From: Myxococcota bacterium
GTDB lineage: Bacteria > Myxococcota_A > UBA796 > SXON01
DNA length: 50,505 nucleotides
Direction: 5' to 3'
NCBI GenBank assembly: GCA_040386535.1
Contig: JAZKFH010000008.1
Span: 263,102 to 313,606 of the forward strand
Part shown: in pieces, positions 1 through 9,696 of the stretch
Position numbering within the stretch: position 1 is the stretch's first letter
How the letters are laid out: each line of letters begins with the position of its first letter
The notes under the pieces: generated by a model
Seen by the model: the letters and a program-made list of their open reading frames with translations, nothing else
What the model was told of the DNA's origin: nothing
Databases searched by the model: none
Position numbers and translations under genes: made by a program

Positions 1-2931
1 TATCCGGGCGCGACCGAGGTCTGGTACGACGGGACCGACCAGGACTGCGACGGCAGCGACGACGACCAGGACGGCGACGGCTACGCGCGCGCCGACGACT
101 GCTCCGACACCGACGCGGCGATCAACCCCGGCGCGGCCGAGGTCTGGTACGACGGCACCGACCAGGACTGCGACGGCAACGACGACGACCAGGATGGCGA
201 CGGCTACGCGCGCGTGGACGACTGCGCCGACGCCGACGCCGCGGTCAACCCCGGCGCGGCCGAGGTCTGGTACGACGGGACCGACCAGGACTGCGACGGC
301 AACGACGACGACCAGGACGCCGACGGCTACGCGCTCGCGGACGACTGTGACGACACCGACGCCGCCGTGAACCCGGGCGCGGCCGAGGCCTGGTACGACG
401 GCACCGACCAGGATTGTGACGGCAACGACGACGACCGGGACCTCGACGGTTCGCGGGTCGACGCGGACTGCGACGACCTCGATGCCAGCACGTTCCCCGG
501 CGCGGTGGAGACCTGGTACGACGGCATCGACCAGGACTGCGACGGCAACGATCTGGACCAGGACGGCGACGGCGACAACTACTTCGTCGATTGTGACGAC
601 ACCGACCCCGGCGTCTTTCCCGGCGCGACGGAGGTTTGGTACGACGGCGTGGACCAGGACTGCGACGGCAACGACGACGATCAGGACGCCGACGGGTATG
701 GTGGAGGCTCGGGCGGCCTCGACTGTGACGACGCCGACCCGACCGTGAGCCCCGGCGCGGCCGAGGTCTGGTACGACGGCGTCGATCAGGACTGCGACGG
801 CACCGACGACGATCGGGACGGCGACACCTACGCGCGCGCCGACGACTGCGACGACACCGACGCCACGGTGAACCCCGCGGCCACCGAGGTCTGGTACGAC
901 GGGGTCGACCAGGACTGCGCCGGCGACGACGACGACGACCAGGACGCCGACGGCCACGCGCTCGCCGACGACTGCTCCGACACCGACGCGGCGATCAACC
1001 CCGGCGCGCCCGAGGTCTGGTACGACGGGGTCGACCAGGACTGCGACGGCAACGACGACGACCAGGACGGCGACGGCTACGCGCTCGCCGGCGACTGCTC
1101 CGACACCGACGCGGCGATCAACCCCGGCGCGCCCGAGGTCTGGTACGACGGCGTGGATCAGGACTGTGACAGCCGCGACGACGACCAGGACGGCGACGGC
1201 GCCCTCGCCGCCGACGACTGCGACGACACCGACCCCGCCGTGCTCCGGTGCCTCGAACGTATCGACGGGGGCTGCAACAGCGCGGGCGGCGGCCCCGGGT
1301 GGCTCGTCGCGCTCGTGGCCGCGGTCCTGCTCCGCGGGCGCCGGTCCGCGCCCCTGCTGCTCCTCACGACACCCGCGTGGGCGCTCGACGCCACGGGCAC
1401 CGGGCGCGCGCCGCTCGACGAGGGCGGCCTCGCGCGGGTGGCGGGAATGGCCGCGCGGGACGGCGGCACCCTCGACGTCGCCCTGACCGGCGGGTGGGCC
1501 GGCACGACCGCCGAGGCCACCTACGACGACGGCTCGACGGCCCCCCTGATGTCCGGCCTCGCCACGCTCCATCTCGGCGTGGGCTGGACCTTCCTGGACG
1601 GGCTGCGGGTCGAGGCGGGCCTGCCCATGGTGCTCGGCGCGGTGGTGCCGGCGGAGACGGGGCCCGGGGTCGGAGACGCGTGGGCGGCGGTGCACTGGGC
1701 GGCGCTTCGTCGGGACCGGTGGGCGTTCGGTCCGGTGCTGGAGGTGACGCTGCCGTCGGGTGATCCGACGCGACTGTCGGGCGGCGGCGGGGTTGGCGGG
1801 GCGCTGCTGGTGGGTGCGAGCGGTCGGTCGGGCCGGGTGCGGTGGAGCGGCGAGGTGGGCGGGGGGGCGCGTGCCGCGGGGCGCTACGATCGGCTGTCGT
1901 TCGCCCCGGAGCCGGAGCTGCGCGCCGGCGGCGGCGCCCGCGTCGGGATCTTCGGGCCCCTGTCCGTCGGCGTCGAGGTGGCCGGCCGGTTCGGCTTCGG
2001 CGCCGAGAACGCGGTGGCGCTCGCGACGAGCGGGGCCGAGGGGTTGCTCTCCCTGGGCGTCGATCTACCGCGCGTCGACCTGATGCTCTCGGGCGGCGCC
2101 GGCCTGCTCGACGGCGTCGGCACCCCCGACGCGCGCGTGATCCTGTCGGTGCGCTCCCGCCTCGTCGATCCGCGCCCCCGCTTCGCCGACGACGATCAGG
2201 ACGGCGTGGCCGACGCGACGGATCGGTGCCCGGGCGAGCGCGAGGACGATGACGGTTTCCAGGACGAGGACGGCTGCCTCGACGCGGACGACGACGCGGA
2301 CGGCCTCCCCGACGACCGCGACCGCTGCCCGTCCGATCCCGAGGACCGCGACTATTTCCGCGATGACGACGGCTGCCCCGACCTGGACGACGACGAGGAC
2401 GGCCTGCCCGACACCGTCGACCGCTGCGCCCGCGACGCCGGCCCGCCCGAGACCAACGGCTGCCCCGACCGCGACTTCGACGGTCTGCTCGATCCGTCCG
2501 ACGCCTGCCCGGACGACGCCGCCATCCCCGGCACCGATCTGGCCCACACCGACGGCTGCCCCGCCACCGTCGTCGTCTTCCCCGACCGGCTCCACGTCAC
2601 CGATCCCATCCCCTTCGACCCCGGTCGCGCCACCCTCCGCCCCGAGGGCGCCTCGGTGGTGCGGCAGGTCGCCGTCCTGCTCAAGCGCTACCCGGACCTC
2701 GCGTTGGTCGAGATCGGCGTCCACGTCGACGAGTCCGCTGACGAGGCGTCGAACCTCGCCCTCACCCAGGCCCGCGCCGAGGTCGTGAAGAAGGCCCTCG
2801 AAGCCGCTGGCGTCGCCCCCGAGCGCCTCGTGGCGATGGGCTACGGCGGCGTACGCCCGCTGGCGCCGAACGACACCGAGGTCGACCGGGCACGGAACCG
2901 GCGGGTGGAGTTCGTGTTGGTTGGGCGGTAG
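1..2931 (+). CDS. Surface protein, 5'-partial: MopE-type metal-binding repeats, internal MYXO-CTERM-like segment, predicted beta-barrel, TSP type-3 repeats and C-terminal OmpA-like domain
   Basis: Frame is open from base 1 (YPGATEVWYDGTDQDC), so the ORF-track start at 214 is internal. Ten WYDGxDQDC repeats, then GGCNSAGGGPGWLVALVAAVLLRGRR, DxDxDG...DxCP repeats, and an OmpA-like end (IPFDPGRATL, NLALTQARAEVV, GYG..RP, RARNRRVEF). TAG at 2929-2931. Confidence 0.9.
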   Translation, partial: YPGATEVWYDGTDQDCDGSDDDQDGDGYARADDCSDTDAAINPGAAEVWYDGTDQDCDGNDDDQDGDGYARVDDCADADAAVNPGAAEVWYDGTDQDCDGNDDDQDADGYALADDCDDTDAAVNPGAAEAWYDGTDQDCDGNDDDRDLDGSRVDADCDDLDASTFPGAVETWYDGIDQDCDGNDLDQDGDGDNYFVDCDDTDPGVFPGATEVWYDGVDQDCDGNDDDQDADGYGGGSGGLDCDDADPTVSPGAAEVWYDGVDQDCDGTDDDRDGDTYARADDCDDTDATVNPAATEVWYDGVDQDCAGDDDDDQDADGHALADDCSDTDAAINPGAPEVWYDGVDQDCDGNDDDQDGDGYALAGDCSDTDAAINPGAPEVWYDGVDQDCDSRDDDQDGDGALAADDCDDTDPAVLRCLERIDGGCNSAGGGPGWLVALVAAVLLRGRRSAPLLLLTTPAWALDATGTGRAPLDEGGLARVAGMAARDGGTLDVALTGGWAGTTAEATYDDGSTAPLMSGLATLHLGVGWTFLDGLRVEAGLPMVLGAVVPAETGPGVGDAWAAVHWAALRRDRWAFGPVLEVTLPSGDPTRLSGGGGVGGALLVGASGRSGRVRWSGEVGGGARAAGRYDRLSFAPEPELRAGGGARVGIFGPLSVGVEVAGRFGFGAENAVALATSGAEGLLSLGVDLPRVDLMLSGGAGLLDGVGTPDARVILSVRSRLVDPRPRFADDDQDGVADATDRCPGEREDDDGFQDEDGCLDADDDADGLPDDRDRCPSDPEDRDYFRDDDGCPDLDDDEDGLPDTVDRCARDAGPPETNGCPDRDFDGLLDPSDACPDDAAIPGTDLAHTDGCPATVVVFPDRLHVTDPIPFDPGRATLRPEGASVVRQVAVLLKRYPDLALVEIGVHVDESADEASNLALTQARAEVVKKALEAAGVAPERLVAMGYGGVRPLAPNDTEVDRARNRRVEFVLVGR
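16..1248 (+). repeat. Coding tandem repeat, ~123 bp (41 aa) unit, 10 copies visible
   Basis: GAG..TGGTACGACGG unit starts at 16, 139, 262, 385, 508, 631, 763, 886, 1012 and 1135. Confidence 0.9.
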
Positions 2932-2952
2932 CGCCCCGTCACTTCCGAGCTG

Positions 2953-4377
2953 TCACTCCGTCGCGCGCGATGCCTCGCGCGGCTCGTTCGCCAACCGCCA
3001 CGTGAGCGCCGCGAGCTGGCCCACCCCCTCCGCGAGCGCCTTCGGGTCGACCTTGTCGACCGTGTCGGCGCGCGTGTGGTGGATGTCGAAGTAGCGCTCG
3101 TCGTCCGCGGCGAGGCCGATGACCAGCACGCCGCGCGTCTCGAGGGGACTGATGTCCGCGCCGCCGCCGAGCCCGAGCACGTCGAGGCGCGTGGGGGCGA
3201 GCGAGCGGCCGAGCCAGGCGATGTCCGCGGGGTTGCCCGTGGCCGTCCAGCCGAGGGGCCGGCCGCCGCCGAGGTCGGACTCGACCGCCGCGACGTGTTT
3301 CTCCGCGCCGTGCGCCTTGTCGTAGGCAAAGGCGCCGCGGAGGCCGAACTCCTCGTTGGTGAACAACACCGCCCGGATCGTTCGCTTGGGTGTCACGCCG
3401 AGCGCCGCGAGGTGGCGCATGGCCTCGATCACGTGGACCACGCCCGCGCCGTCGTCGTGCGCGCCCTGCCCCACGTCCCACGAGTCGAGGTGGGCGCCGA
3501 TCAGCACGAGCTCGTCGGTCTCGCCGGGGAGCTCGGCCACCACGTTGTGGCTCGGGGCATCGGGCTGGGCCTTCGCGCCCATCGTGAGCCGGAGGCGCAC
3601 CTCCTGGCCCTTGGTTGTCATCCGCGCGATGCGGTCGGCGTCCTCGGTGGTGATGGAGGCCGTCGGGATGCGCGGCAGGTTGTCGACGTAGCGCATGCCG
3701 CCGGTGTGCGGCGTGTTGAGCGAGCGCGTGGTCACGGAGCGCACGAGCGCCGCGACCGCCCCGTACGAGGCGGCCTTCGACGCGCCCTGCGAGCGATAGG
3801 CGACGGCGGTGCCGTAGCGGTTGATGGTGGGGGTGCCCTCTTCCATCGGGTGGTTAAAGAGCACGATCTTGCCGGCCACATGGGGGCCGAGGTCCGCGAA
3901 CGAGTTCACGACCACCACGGGCGCCTCGGTGCCCGGGGTGCCGACGGACCCGCCGAGACCGAGCAGCTCGAGCGGCTCGGCGTGCGGGGCGAGCATCACG
4001 AGGGATTCGGCGCCGCGGCTCCACACCGGCACGGTGACCGGCTCGGCGGCCACGTTGGCGAGCCCGAGCGCCGTGAAGCGGGCCACGCCCCACTCGACGG
4101 CCCGGGCCAACGCGGGCGAGCCGGTCGGGCGCGCGCCGATGCCGTCACACAGGTCGGCGAGGAGCTCCCACGCGGCCGTGTCGGCGCGCGCGGCGGCGAG
4201 CAGGCGCTCGACGGTGGGGTCCAGGGGCGCGAGGTCGGGGTCCGTGAGTTGGACCGCGGCGGTGGCGGCGCCGGTGGTCGCGGACGGCCCGGCCGAGGCG
4301 GGCTCGCAGCAGCCGACGGGGACGATCGTGTGGGTGCAGGCGAGGAGGAGGAACAACACGTTGGAAGAGTAGCTCAT
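2953..4377 (-). CDS. M28 family metallopeptidase (carboxypeptidase Q-like) with PA insert, probable lipoprotein
   Basis: Motifs GAHLDSWDVGQGAHDDGAG, FTNEEFGLRG, ESD and YFDIHHTRADT. Start at ATG 4377 or GTG 4359 before LFLLLAC. Confidence 0.88.
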   Translation of the reverse strand: MSYSSNVLFLLLACTHTIVPVGCCEPASAGPSATTGAATAAVQLTDPDLAPLDPTVERLLAAARADTAAWELLADLCDGIGARPTGSPALARAVEWGVARFTALGLANVAAEPVTVPVWSRGAESLVMLAPHAEPLELLGLGGSVGTPGTEAPVVVVNSFADLGPHVAGKIVLFNHPMEEGTPTINRYGTAVAYRSQGASKAASYGAVAALVRSVTTRSLNTPHTGGMRYVDNLPRIPTASITTEDADRIARMTTKGQEVRLRLTMGAKAQPDAPSHNVVAELPGETDELVLIGAHLDSWDVGQGAHDDGAGVVHVIEAMRHLAALGVTPKRTIRAVLFTNEEFGLRGAFAYDKAHGAEKHVAAVESDLGGGRPLGWTATGNPADIAWLGRSLAPTRLDVLGLGGGADISPLETRGVLVIGLAADDERYFDIHHTRADTVDKVDPKALAEGVGQLAALTWRLANEPREASRATE

Positions 4378-4553
4378 GTCCGCGAGGAGAGGCCCGCCCA
4401 GGCAGGGAGCCGGAGCGAGGGCCCCCCGTTGTCCTCCGCGCCGGCCCCGGGCGCCAGCCCGTCGAGCCAACCCTGGCAGACCGTGACACCTGGCAGAGTT
4501 GGAGCCACTGGCTTTGCGCGCCTTCCGTCGGAAGGCTACGCGGCGCCCGACCC

Positions 4554-5321
4554 ATGACGCCCTCCCTCCTCGAATCCGCGACCCTCCAGTTCGGCGAGTG
4601 GCACTTCGCGACCACCCGGCCGGGCGTGGGCCTGGGCCTCGTCATCGAGGGCCTCTCCGACCCGCCGGCGGACGCCCCGGAGGACTACCTCCACGCGATC
4701 CTGCTCGGGCCCGAGCACCGGGCCGCGTTCTTCGATCTGGTCGACCAGGAGGGCCTCGTCGTGTGCAAGGGCGTGCCGTGCGCGCACCCGACCTACCGAT
4801 TCGTGCGCGGCCGCTCCAGCCGCGGGCGGCTGAGCCAGGGCGAGTACTACCACCACGACGGGTGCTCGGGCCCGACCAAGCCACGGGTGGTCGAGATCCG
4901 CTTCCCGCACCAGCTCGTCGAGCGCAACATCGCGACGGCGGTGGCGCCCTTTCCGGAGACGGTGGTGGCCATGCTCCACGAGCTCCCCGAGGCGCTGCAC
5001 GAGAAGGACGGGCTCGGCCCGTGGCGGGCCCGCGTCGCGGCGGGCGAGCCGCTCACGCGCGACGAGTGGGACACGCTCCAGGGGCTGATCGTGCGCACCG
5101 TGCGCCGCGCCTACAGCGCCGAGGACGCGCGGGGGTACTTCCGCGGTGTGGACGCGCGCGCGGGCGCCTACGTCGAGCGCTGGAGCTGGGGAGAGAGCCG
5201 CTTCATCGCCAACAACAACACGCGGCGGACGATGCAGCACCGGCGCGCGTACCTCGAGGCCGCGAGCGACGGGCGGGCGAACGGGAACCTCGTGAAGCGG
5301 TGGCCGGCGGAGGAACTGTAG
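4554..5321 (+). CDS. Hypothetical protein, TauD/clavaminate-synthase-like Fe(II)/2OG oxygenase fold
   Basis: HHDG (HxD) and a C-terminal RWSWGESRFIANNNTRRTMQHRR that resembles the W..GD....DN...H.R signature. Confidence 0.55.
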   Translation: MTPSLLESATLQFGEWHFATTRPGVGLGLVIEGLSDPPADAPEDYLHAILLGPEHRAAFFDLVDQEGLVVCKGVPCAHPTYRFVRGRSSRGRLSQGEYYHHDGCSGPTKPRVVEIRFPHQLVERNIATAVAPFPETVVAMLHELPEALHEKDGLGPWRARVAAGEPLTRDEWDTLQGLIVRTVRRAYSAEDARGYFRGVDARAGAYVERWSWGESRFIANNNTRRTMQHRRAYLEAASDGRANGNLVKRWPAEEL

Positions 5322-5392
5322 GGGCGCGAGCGCAGGGGCATCGAGCGCAGTGGCGATCGGACCGCGATAGGGGTCGTGACGCGAGGTTCGAG

Positions 5393-6043
5393 ATGGAGCG
5401 CCTGTCGGAACTGTTCATCGGGATCGCCGGCATGATCGGCGCCGGGAAGAGCACGTTGGCCGCCGCCCTGGGCGAGCACCTGAAGCTGCCGGTCTACTAC
5501 GAGCCGGTCCAAGACAACGAGTACCTCGCCGACTTTTACAAGGACACGGCGCGCTACGCGTTCGCGACCCAGATCTACCTGCTCAACCGGCGCTTCCAGC
5601 AGCACCAGGAGATCATCTGGCGCGGCGGTGGCGGCGTGCAGGACCGCACCATCTACGAGGATGCCGTGTTCGCTCGCACGCTCGTGGGGCTCGATCTGAT
5701 GGACGAACGCGACTACCGCACCTACGTCTCGCTGTTCCGTCACATGTCCAACTTCATGTGTCGTCCCAATGTCATCGTGTACCTCGACGTGAGCCCCGAG
5801 CGTTCGCTGGAGCGCATCCGTTCGCGCGAGCGGGACGTGGAGTCCGGGGTGTCCCTCGAGTACCTCACCGCCCTGCACGCGGAATACGAGCGGTTCCTCG
5901 CGGACATCGCCCGCTCCGTCCCGGTCATTCGGATCGATTGGGACAAGTTCCGCAACGTCGAGGAGATGGCGGCCGTCATCGAGCGCGAGTACCTCGGCGG
6001 CAACTTCATCCGCACCGTGAGTTGGTCGCCGACCGCCGGCTGA
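5393..6043 (+). CDS. Deoxynucleoside kinase
   Basis: P-loop GMIGAGKST, YYEPV, FATQIYLLNRRFQQH, QDRTIYED and lid RIRSRER..E. ATG at 5393 follows GAGG; the upstream part of ORF 4499 is spurious. Confidence 0.92.
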   Translation: MERLSELFIGIAGMIGAGKSTLAAALGEHLKLPVYYEPVQDNEYLADFYKDTARYAFATQIYLLNRRFQQHQEIIWRGGGGVQDRTIYEDAVFARTLVGLDLMDERDYRTYVSLFRHMSNFMCRPNVIVYLDVSPERSLERIRSRERDVESGVSLEYLTALHAEYERFLADIARSVPVIRIDWDKFRNVEEMAAVIEREYLGGNFIRTVSWSPTAG

Positions 6044-6216
6044 GTCGTCCGCCAGACCTCCTGACATTGCGCGGCGCCCAAGCGTACGGTCGCAGGGGTG
6101 TCAAGTCACCCTGAATGAATCCCACGAATTCCTTGCCGCGTCGTCGCACCCGTGTTCTGTTGGGTGGGCGAAGCGGAGCAGGGTACATGTGGAACAGGGG
6201 ACTGTTTTTGCCTGGG

Positions 6217-8823
6217 ATGATCGTGAGCGCGATAGCGTTGGCAACGATCGGATGTGGGCCCGGGGTCGCGCCGAGGGACACCGGAGGTGGCGGTGCGCCG
6301 CAGGTGGATGCGGACGGGGACGGCGCGTATTCGGACGCCGACTGCGACGACGTGGATCCCCTCGTGTTCCCGGGCGCGGCGGAGCGCTGCAACGAGCTGG
6401 ACGACAATTGTGACGGCGTGGTCGACGAGGCCGCGCCCGGTACCGCCGCCTGGTACGTTGACTCGGATGCGGACGGCTACGGGGACAACGCCGCCACCGG
6501 CATCGCCTGCGCCGCGCCGGCCGGCACCTCCCCGCTCGGGGGCGATTGTGACGACGCCGACCCGGACGACCATCCGGACGCCACGGAGGTCGTCGGCAAC
6601 GGGGACGATGACGATTGTGACGGCGCCGAGCGCTGCTTCGCCGACGCGGATGATGACGGCTACCTGCCCGACGCACCCGAGATGGCGCTCTCCGCGGATG
6701 CCGACTGCGAGGATCCGTTCGAGGCACTGTTCTCCGACCCTGGGGGCGACTGTGACGATGGAGATCCGGCGGTCTCCCCCGCGGGGATCGAGGTGTGTGA
6801 CGACGCGGAGATCGACGAGGACTGCAACACCTACGCGGATGACGACGACCCGGGCGTCGTCGGCACGAGCTTGTTCTACGCTGACGCTGATTTCGACGGC
6901 TACGGGGACGCCGCGCGCGCCATCCTCCAATGCCATCCCCCGCCCACCTTCGTGGAGAACGCGGAGGATTGTGACGACGACGACGCGGAGAGCTTTCCTG
7001 GCGCGGACGAGCAGGTCGGGACGCAGATCGACGAGGACTGTGACGGCGGCGAGGTGTGCTTCCTCGACGCGGACGCCGACGGGTTCGTTCCGTCGGACTG
7101 GCTCACGGTGGTGTCAACCGACAGCGACTGTGTAGACTCCACAGAGGCCTCCTTGGGCGCCCGCTTCGAGGACTGTGACGATGGGGACGCCGCGGTGTCT
7201 CCCGACGGCTTGGAGTCGTGCAACCTCGTGGACGATGACTGTGACACGTCGATCGACGAGGGGGTGGAGTCGACCTGGTACGCGGACACCGATGGGGACG
7301 GGTACGGGAACGTCGACAGCACCACGCTCGCTTGCACCGCCCCCGCCGGGTACGTCGCCGACGCACAGGATTGTGTGGACACCGTCGCCAGCGTGCACCC
7401 CGGCGCGGCCGAGGTGTGCGCGGACGGGTACGACAACGATTGTGACGCGGAGCGGAGCGACTGTGCGTTCGAGGGAACGTACGCGGCAACGTCGGCGGAG
7501 GTGGCGGTCACGGCCGTGGGCGAAGGCGACTCGTTCGGGGAGAGCGTGGTCGTGGGGGACTTCGACGGGGACGGGGCCGCCGACCTCATCGTCGGTACGC
7601 CCACCATCGGCACCACCGGCGACACCGGAGAGGCCGCGCTGTTCTACGGGCCCATCACCACGTCCCTGTCCTCGAGGGACGCGGACGCCTGGTTGGCCGC
7701 GTCGAGCGGGTACATGGCCGGCGAGGACGTCGCGGTTGGGGACCTCGACGGGGACGGCGCGGACGACCTCGTCGTCGGTACGCCCGGTGCCTCTTCGGAC
7801 GCCGGGAGTGTTTACATCGTCTTCGGCGGTACGCGCCGGACCGAGTCCATGAGCGGCTACATCGGCACGATCTACACGGGCGTGAACGGCGGCGACCGTC
7901 TCGGTACGAGCCTCGCCTCCGGTGGCGACCTCGACGGAGACGGCACGGACGAGCTCCTGATGGGCGCCAGCGGCCAGGACGGCGGCGGCAACTCCTCGGG
8001 CAGCGCGTACCTCGTGTACGGCGCCTCGGCGCGGTCCCGGGGAGTTCCGCCCGTGTCCAGGAGTGACGCGACCATCGAGGGCGTCACCAACGCGCTCCTG
8101 GGGCACTCCACCGCCTTCGTGCCCGACATCGACGGGGACGGGCTCGACGAGCTCGCCGTCGGGGCCGTGTTCGCCACGGGCGCGGCGGTCTACTCCGGCT
8201 CGGCCTACCTGTACCTCGGCGATAGCGTGGAGCTGGTGGGCACGATGAGCGCCCCCAGCACCTGCAGCCTGATCATGCCGGGGCTGGTGAGCTTCGACTT
8301 CGCCGGGGCGGCGGTCGGCGGCGTCGGCGATCTGGACGGAGACGGCTACGCCGACGTTGGCAGCGGCAGCCTCGCTCACGACGAGGGGGCCGTCTCGGAC
8401 GTCGGCAAACTGGCGATCTACCCCGGCGGCACCGTGCTCTCCGCAACGCCGTTCGCCACCGTGGTGGGGATCGCGTCGGGGGACACCCTCGGGGCGTCCT
8501 TCACCTCGCCGGGCGATCTCGACGGCGACGGTGCGGATGACGTGGTCGTGGGCGCGCCGGGGGTCGACACGGCGTACACGGGCGCGGGCGCCGCCTACCT
8601 TTTGTACGGGCCGGTCGGCGGCACGACGTCGGTGTCGGCGGCCGGGGCGGTGTTCCTGGGCGCGGCGACGAGTGACACAGACTTCGGCGAGCGGATGGCC
8701 AGGGGCGCGCACGATCTGACGGGGGACGGCGCGACGGACCTGGTGTTCGGTGCCCCGATGGACGACACGGTCGGCGAGGACGCCGGCGCCGTCTACATCT
8801 GGGCGGGGCTCGGCGGCCCGTAG
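6217..8823 (+). CDS. Lipoprotein with MopE-type repeats and FG-GAP (integrin-alpha-like) beta-propeller repeats
   Basis: MIVSAIALATIGC lipobox, DCDD...PGAAExC..DDNCDG repeats, and several GDxDGDGxxDLxVGxP repeats. Start uncertain (6115, 6187 or 6217). Confidence 0.85.
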   Translation: MIVSAIALATIGCGPGVAPRDTGGGGAPQVDADGDGAYSDADCDDVDPLVFPGAAERCNELDDNCDGVVDEAAPGTAAWYVDSDADGYGDNAATGIACAAPAGTSPLGGDCDDADPDDHPDATEVVGNGDDDDCDGAERCFADADDDGYLPDAPEMALSADADCEDPFEALFSDPGGDCDDGDPAVSPAGIEVCDDAEIDEDCNTYADDDDPGVVGTSLFYADADFDGYGDAARAILQCHPPPTFVENAEDCDDDDAESFPGADEQVGTQIDEDCDGGEVCFLDADADGFVPSDWLTVVSTDSDCVDSTEASLGARFEDCDDGDAAVSPDGLESCNLVDDDCDTSIDEGVESTWYADTDGDGYGNVDSTTLACTAPAGYVADAQDCVDTVASVHPGAAEVCADGYDNDCDAERSDCAFEGTYAATSAEVAVTAVGEGDSFGESVVVGDFDGDGAADLIVGTPTIGTTGDTGEAALFYGPITTSLSSRDADAWLAASSGYMAGEDVAVGDLDGDGADDLVVGTPGASSDAGSVYIVFGGTRRTESMSGYIGTIYTGVNGGDRLGTSLASGGDLDGDGTDELLMGASGQDGGGNSSGSAYLVYGASARSRGVPPVSRSDATIEGVTNALLGHSTAFVPDIDGDGLDELAVGAVFATGAAVYSGSAYLYLGDSVELVGTMSAPSTCSLIMPGLVSFDFAGAAVGGVGDLDGDGYADVGSGSLAHDEGAVSDVGKLAIYPGGTVLSATPFATVVGIASGDTLGASFTSPGDLDGDGADDVVVGAPGVDTAYTGAGAAYLLYGPVGGTTSVSAAGAVFLGAATSDTDFGERMARGAHDLTGDGATDLVFGAPMDDTVGEDAGAVYIWAGLGGP

Positions 8824-8854
8824 CTCGGCGGCGGGCGGGGGAGGCCCGCGCCCA

Positions 8855-9574
8855 TCAGGCGGCCCACCCGAGGGCGGCGAGCGCGGCCCGGGCGTCCGGA
8901 GCGAACCCCCCCGACGCCCACGCGGCCAGCCCGTACGGCGGCGCGTCGAGGCGGCCGAGGGGCAGCAGGTCGGCGGGCGGCGCGGGCCAGGTCAGCGGCG
9001 TGGCCTTGTCGTAGGCGAAGGCAAGCACGACCGCGTCGTGTTGCGGGCGGCGCCAGTTGGTGAGCAGGCGGGTGACGGTGTCCCAGTAGGCGAGCGGATG
9101 ATCGAAGGGGTCGACGTGGACGAGCAGCGGAGCGGGATCGGCGGGCGCGGGGAGGAGGGCCAACGCGCCCGCGTCGTGGACCAGGGCCTCGATGGGGAGC
9201 CCCTCGGCGGCGAGCGCGGCGGCAAGGGCCGCGTGGGTGGGGCTGTGCGCCTCCGCGAGCAGCAGGCGCACGGGCGCGCCGAGCGTGTCGGCCGCGAGGC
9301 CGGCGGAGCAGCGGTAGAGGCCTCGGGCCACCCACGGGGCCTGGCGAGCCAGGTACGCGTCGAGCGCCGGGCCCGGCGGGATCGCCGGGATCGCCGCGTG
9401 CCAGCGGGCCGGGTCGGGGAGCGGCGCGTGGAGGCGGAAGGTGTGGGTCTCGGCGTGGCGCACCAGCCCCGGATTGCGGGCGCGCAGAGCGCCGGCGAGC
9501 GCGACCAGCGCCGCGTGTTTGATGACGTCGCCACGGTTGCCGACGTTCCGGTCCTGCACGTTCGGGTCGGTCAT
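8855..9574 (-). CDS. RlmJ-like N6-adenine methyltransferase-fold protein, divergent
   Basis: GNRGDVIKH, ETH, YRCS, LAEAH and VHVDPF parallel the RlmJ motifs GNxxDVLKH, DTH, YPGS, LxELH and LIDPPY. Confidence 0.6.
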   Translation of the reverse strand: MTDPNVQDRNVGNRGDVIKHAALVALAGALRARNPGLVRHAETHTFRLHAPLPDPARWHAAIPAIPPGPALDAYLARQAPWVARGLYRCSAGLAADTLGAPVRLLLAEAHSPTHAALAAALAAEGLPIEALVHDAGALALLPAPADPAPLLVHVDPFDHPLAYWDTVTRLLTNWRRPQHDAVVLAFAYDKATPLTWPAPPADLLPLGRLDAPPYGLAAWASGGFAPDARAALAALGWAA

Positions 9575-9696
9575 TGCGTCGCCTCGGCGCGCCCATGTAG
9601 CGTGTCGCAGAATGTCGCGGTGGGGGGGCCCCGGCCGCCTTGCCGGTGGCGGAACGTGGCGCTTCGGGCGATAGATCGCCCCCCGCCGAGGCTCCG

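Noticed and set aside
4499..5392. Long N-terminal fusion to the deoxynucleoside kinase (514-aa ORF)
   Set aside because: Arg/Pro-rich off-frame reading of the 4554 gene. The kinase has its own RBS and ATG.
6099..6104. Minus-strand TTGACA (also at 40414-40419) as a sigma70 -35 box
   Set aside because: No plausible -10 hexamer at 16-18 nt spacing.
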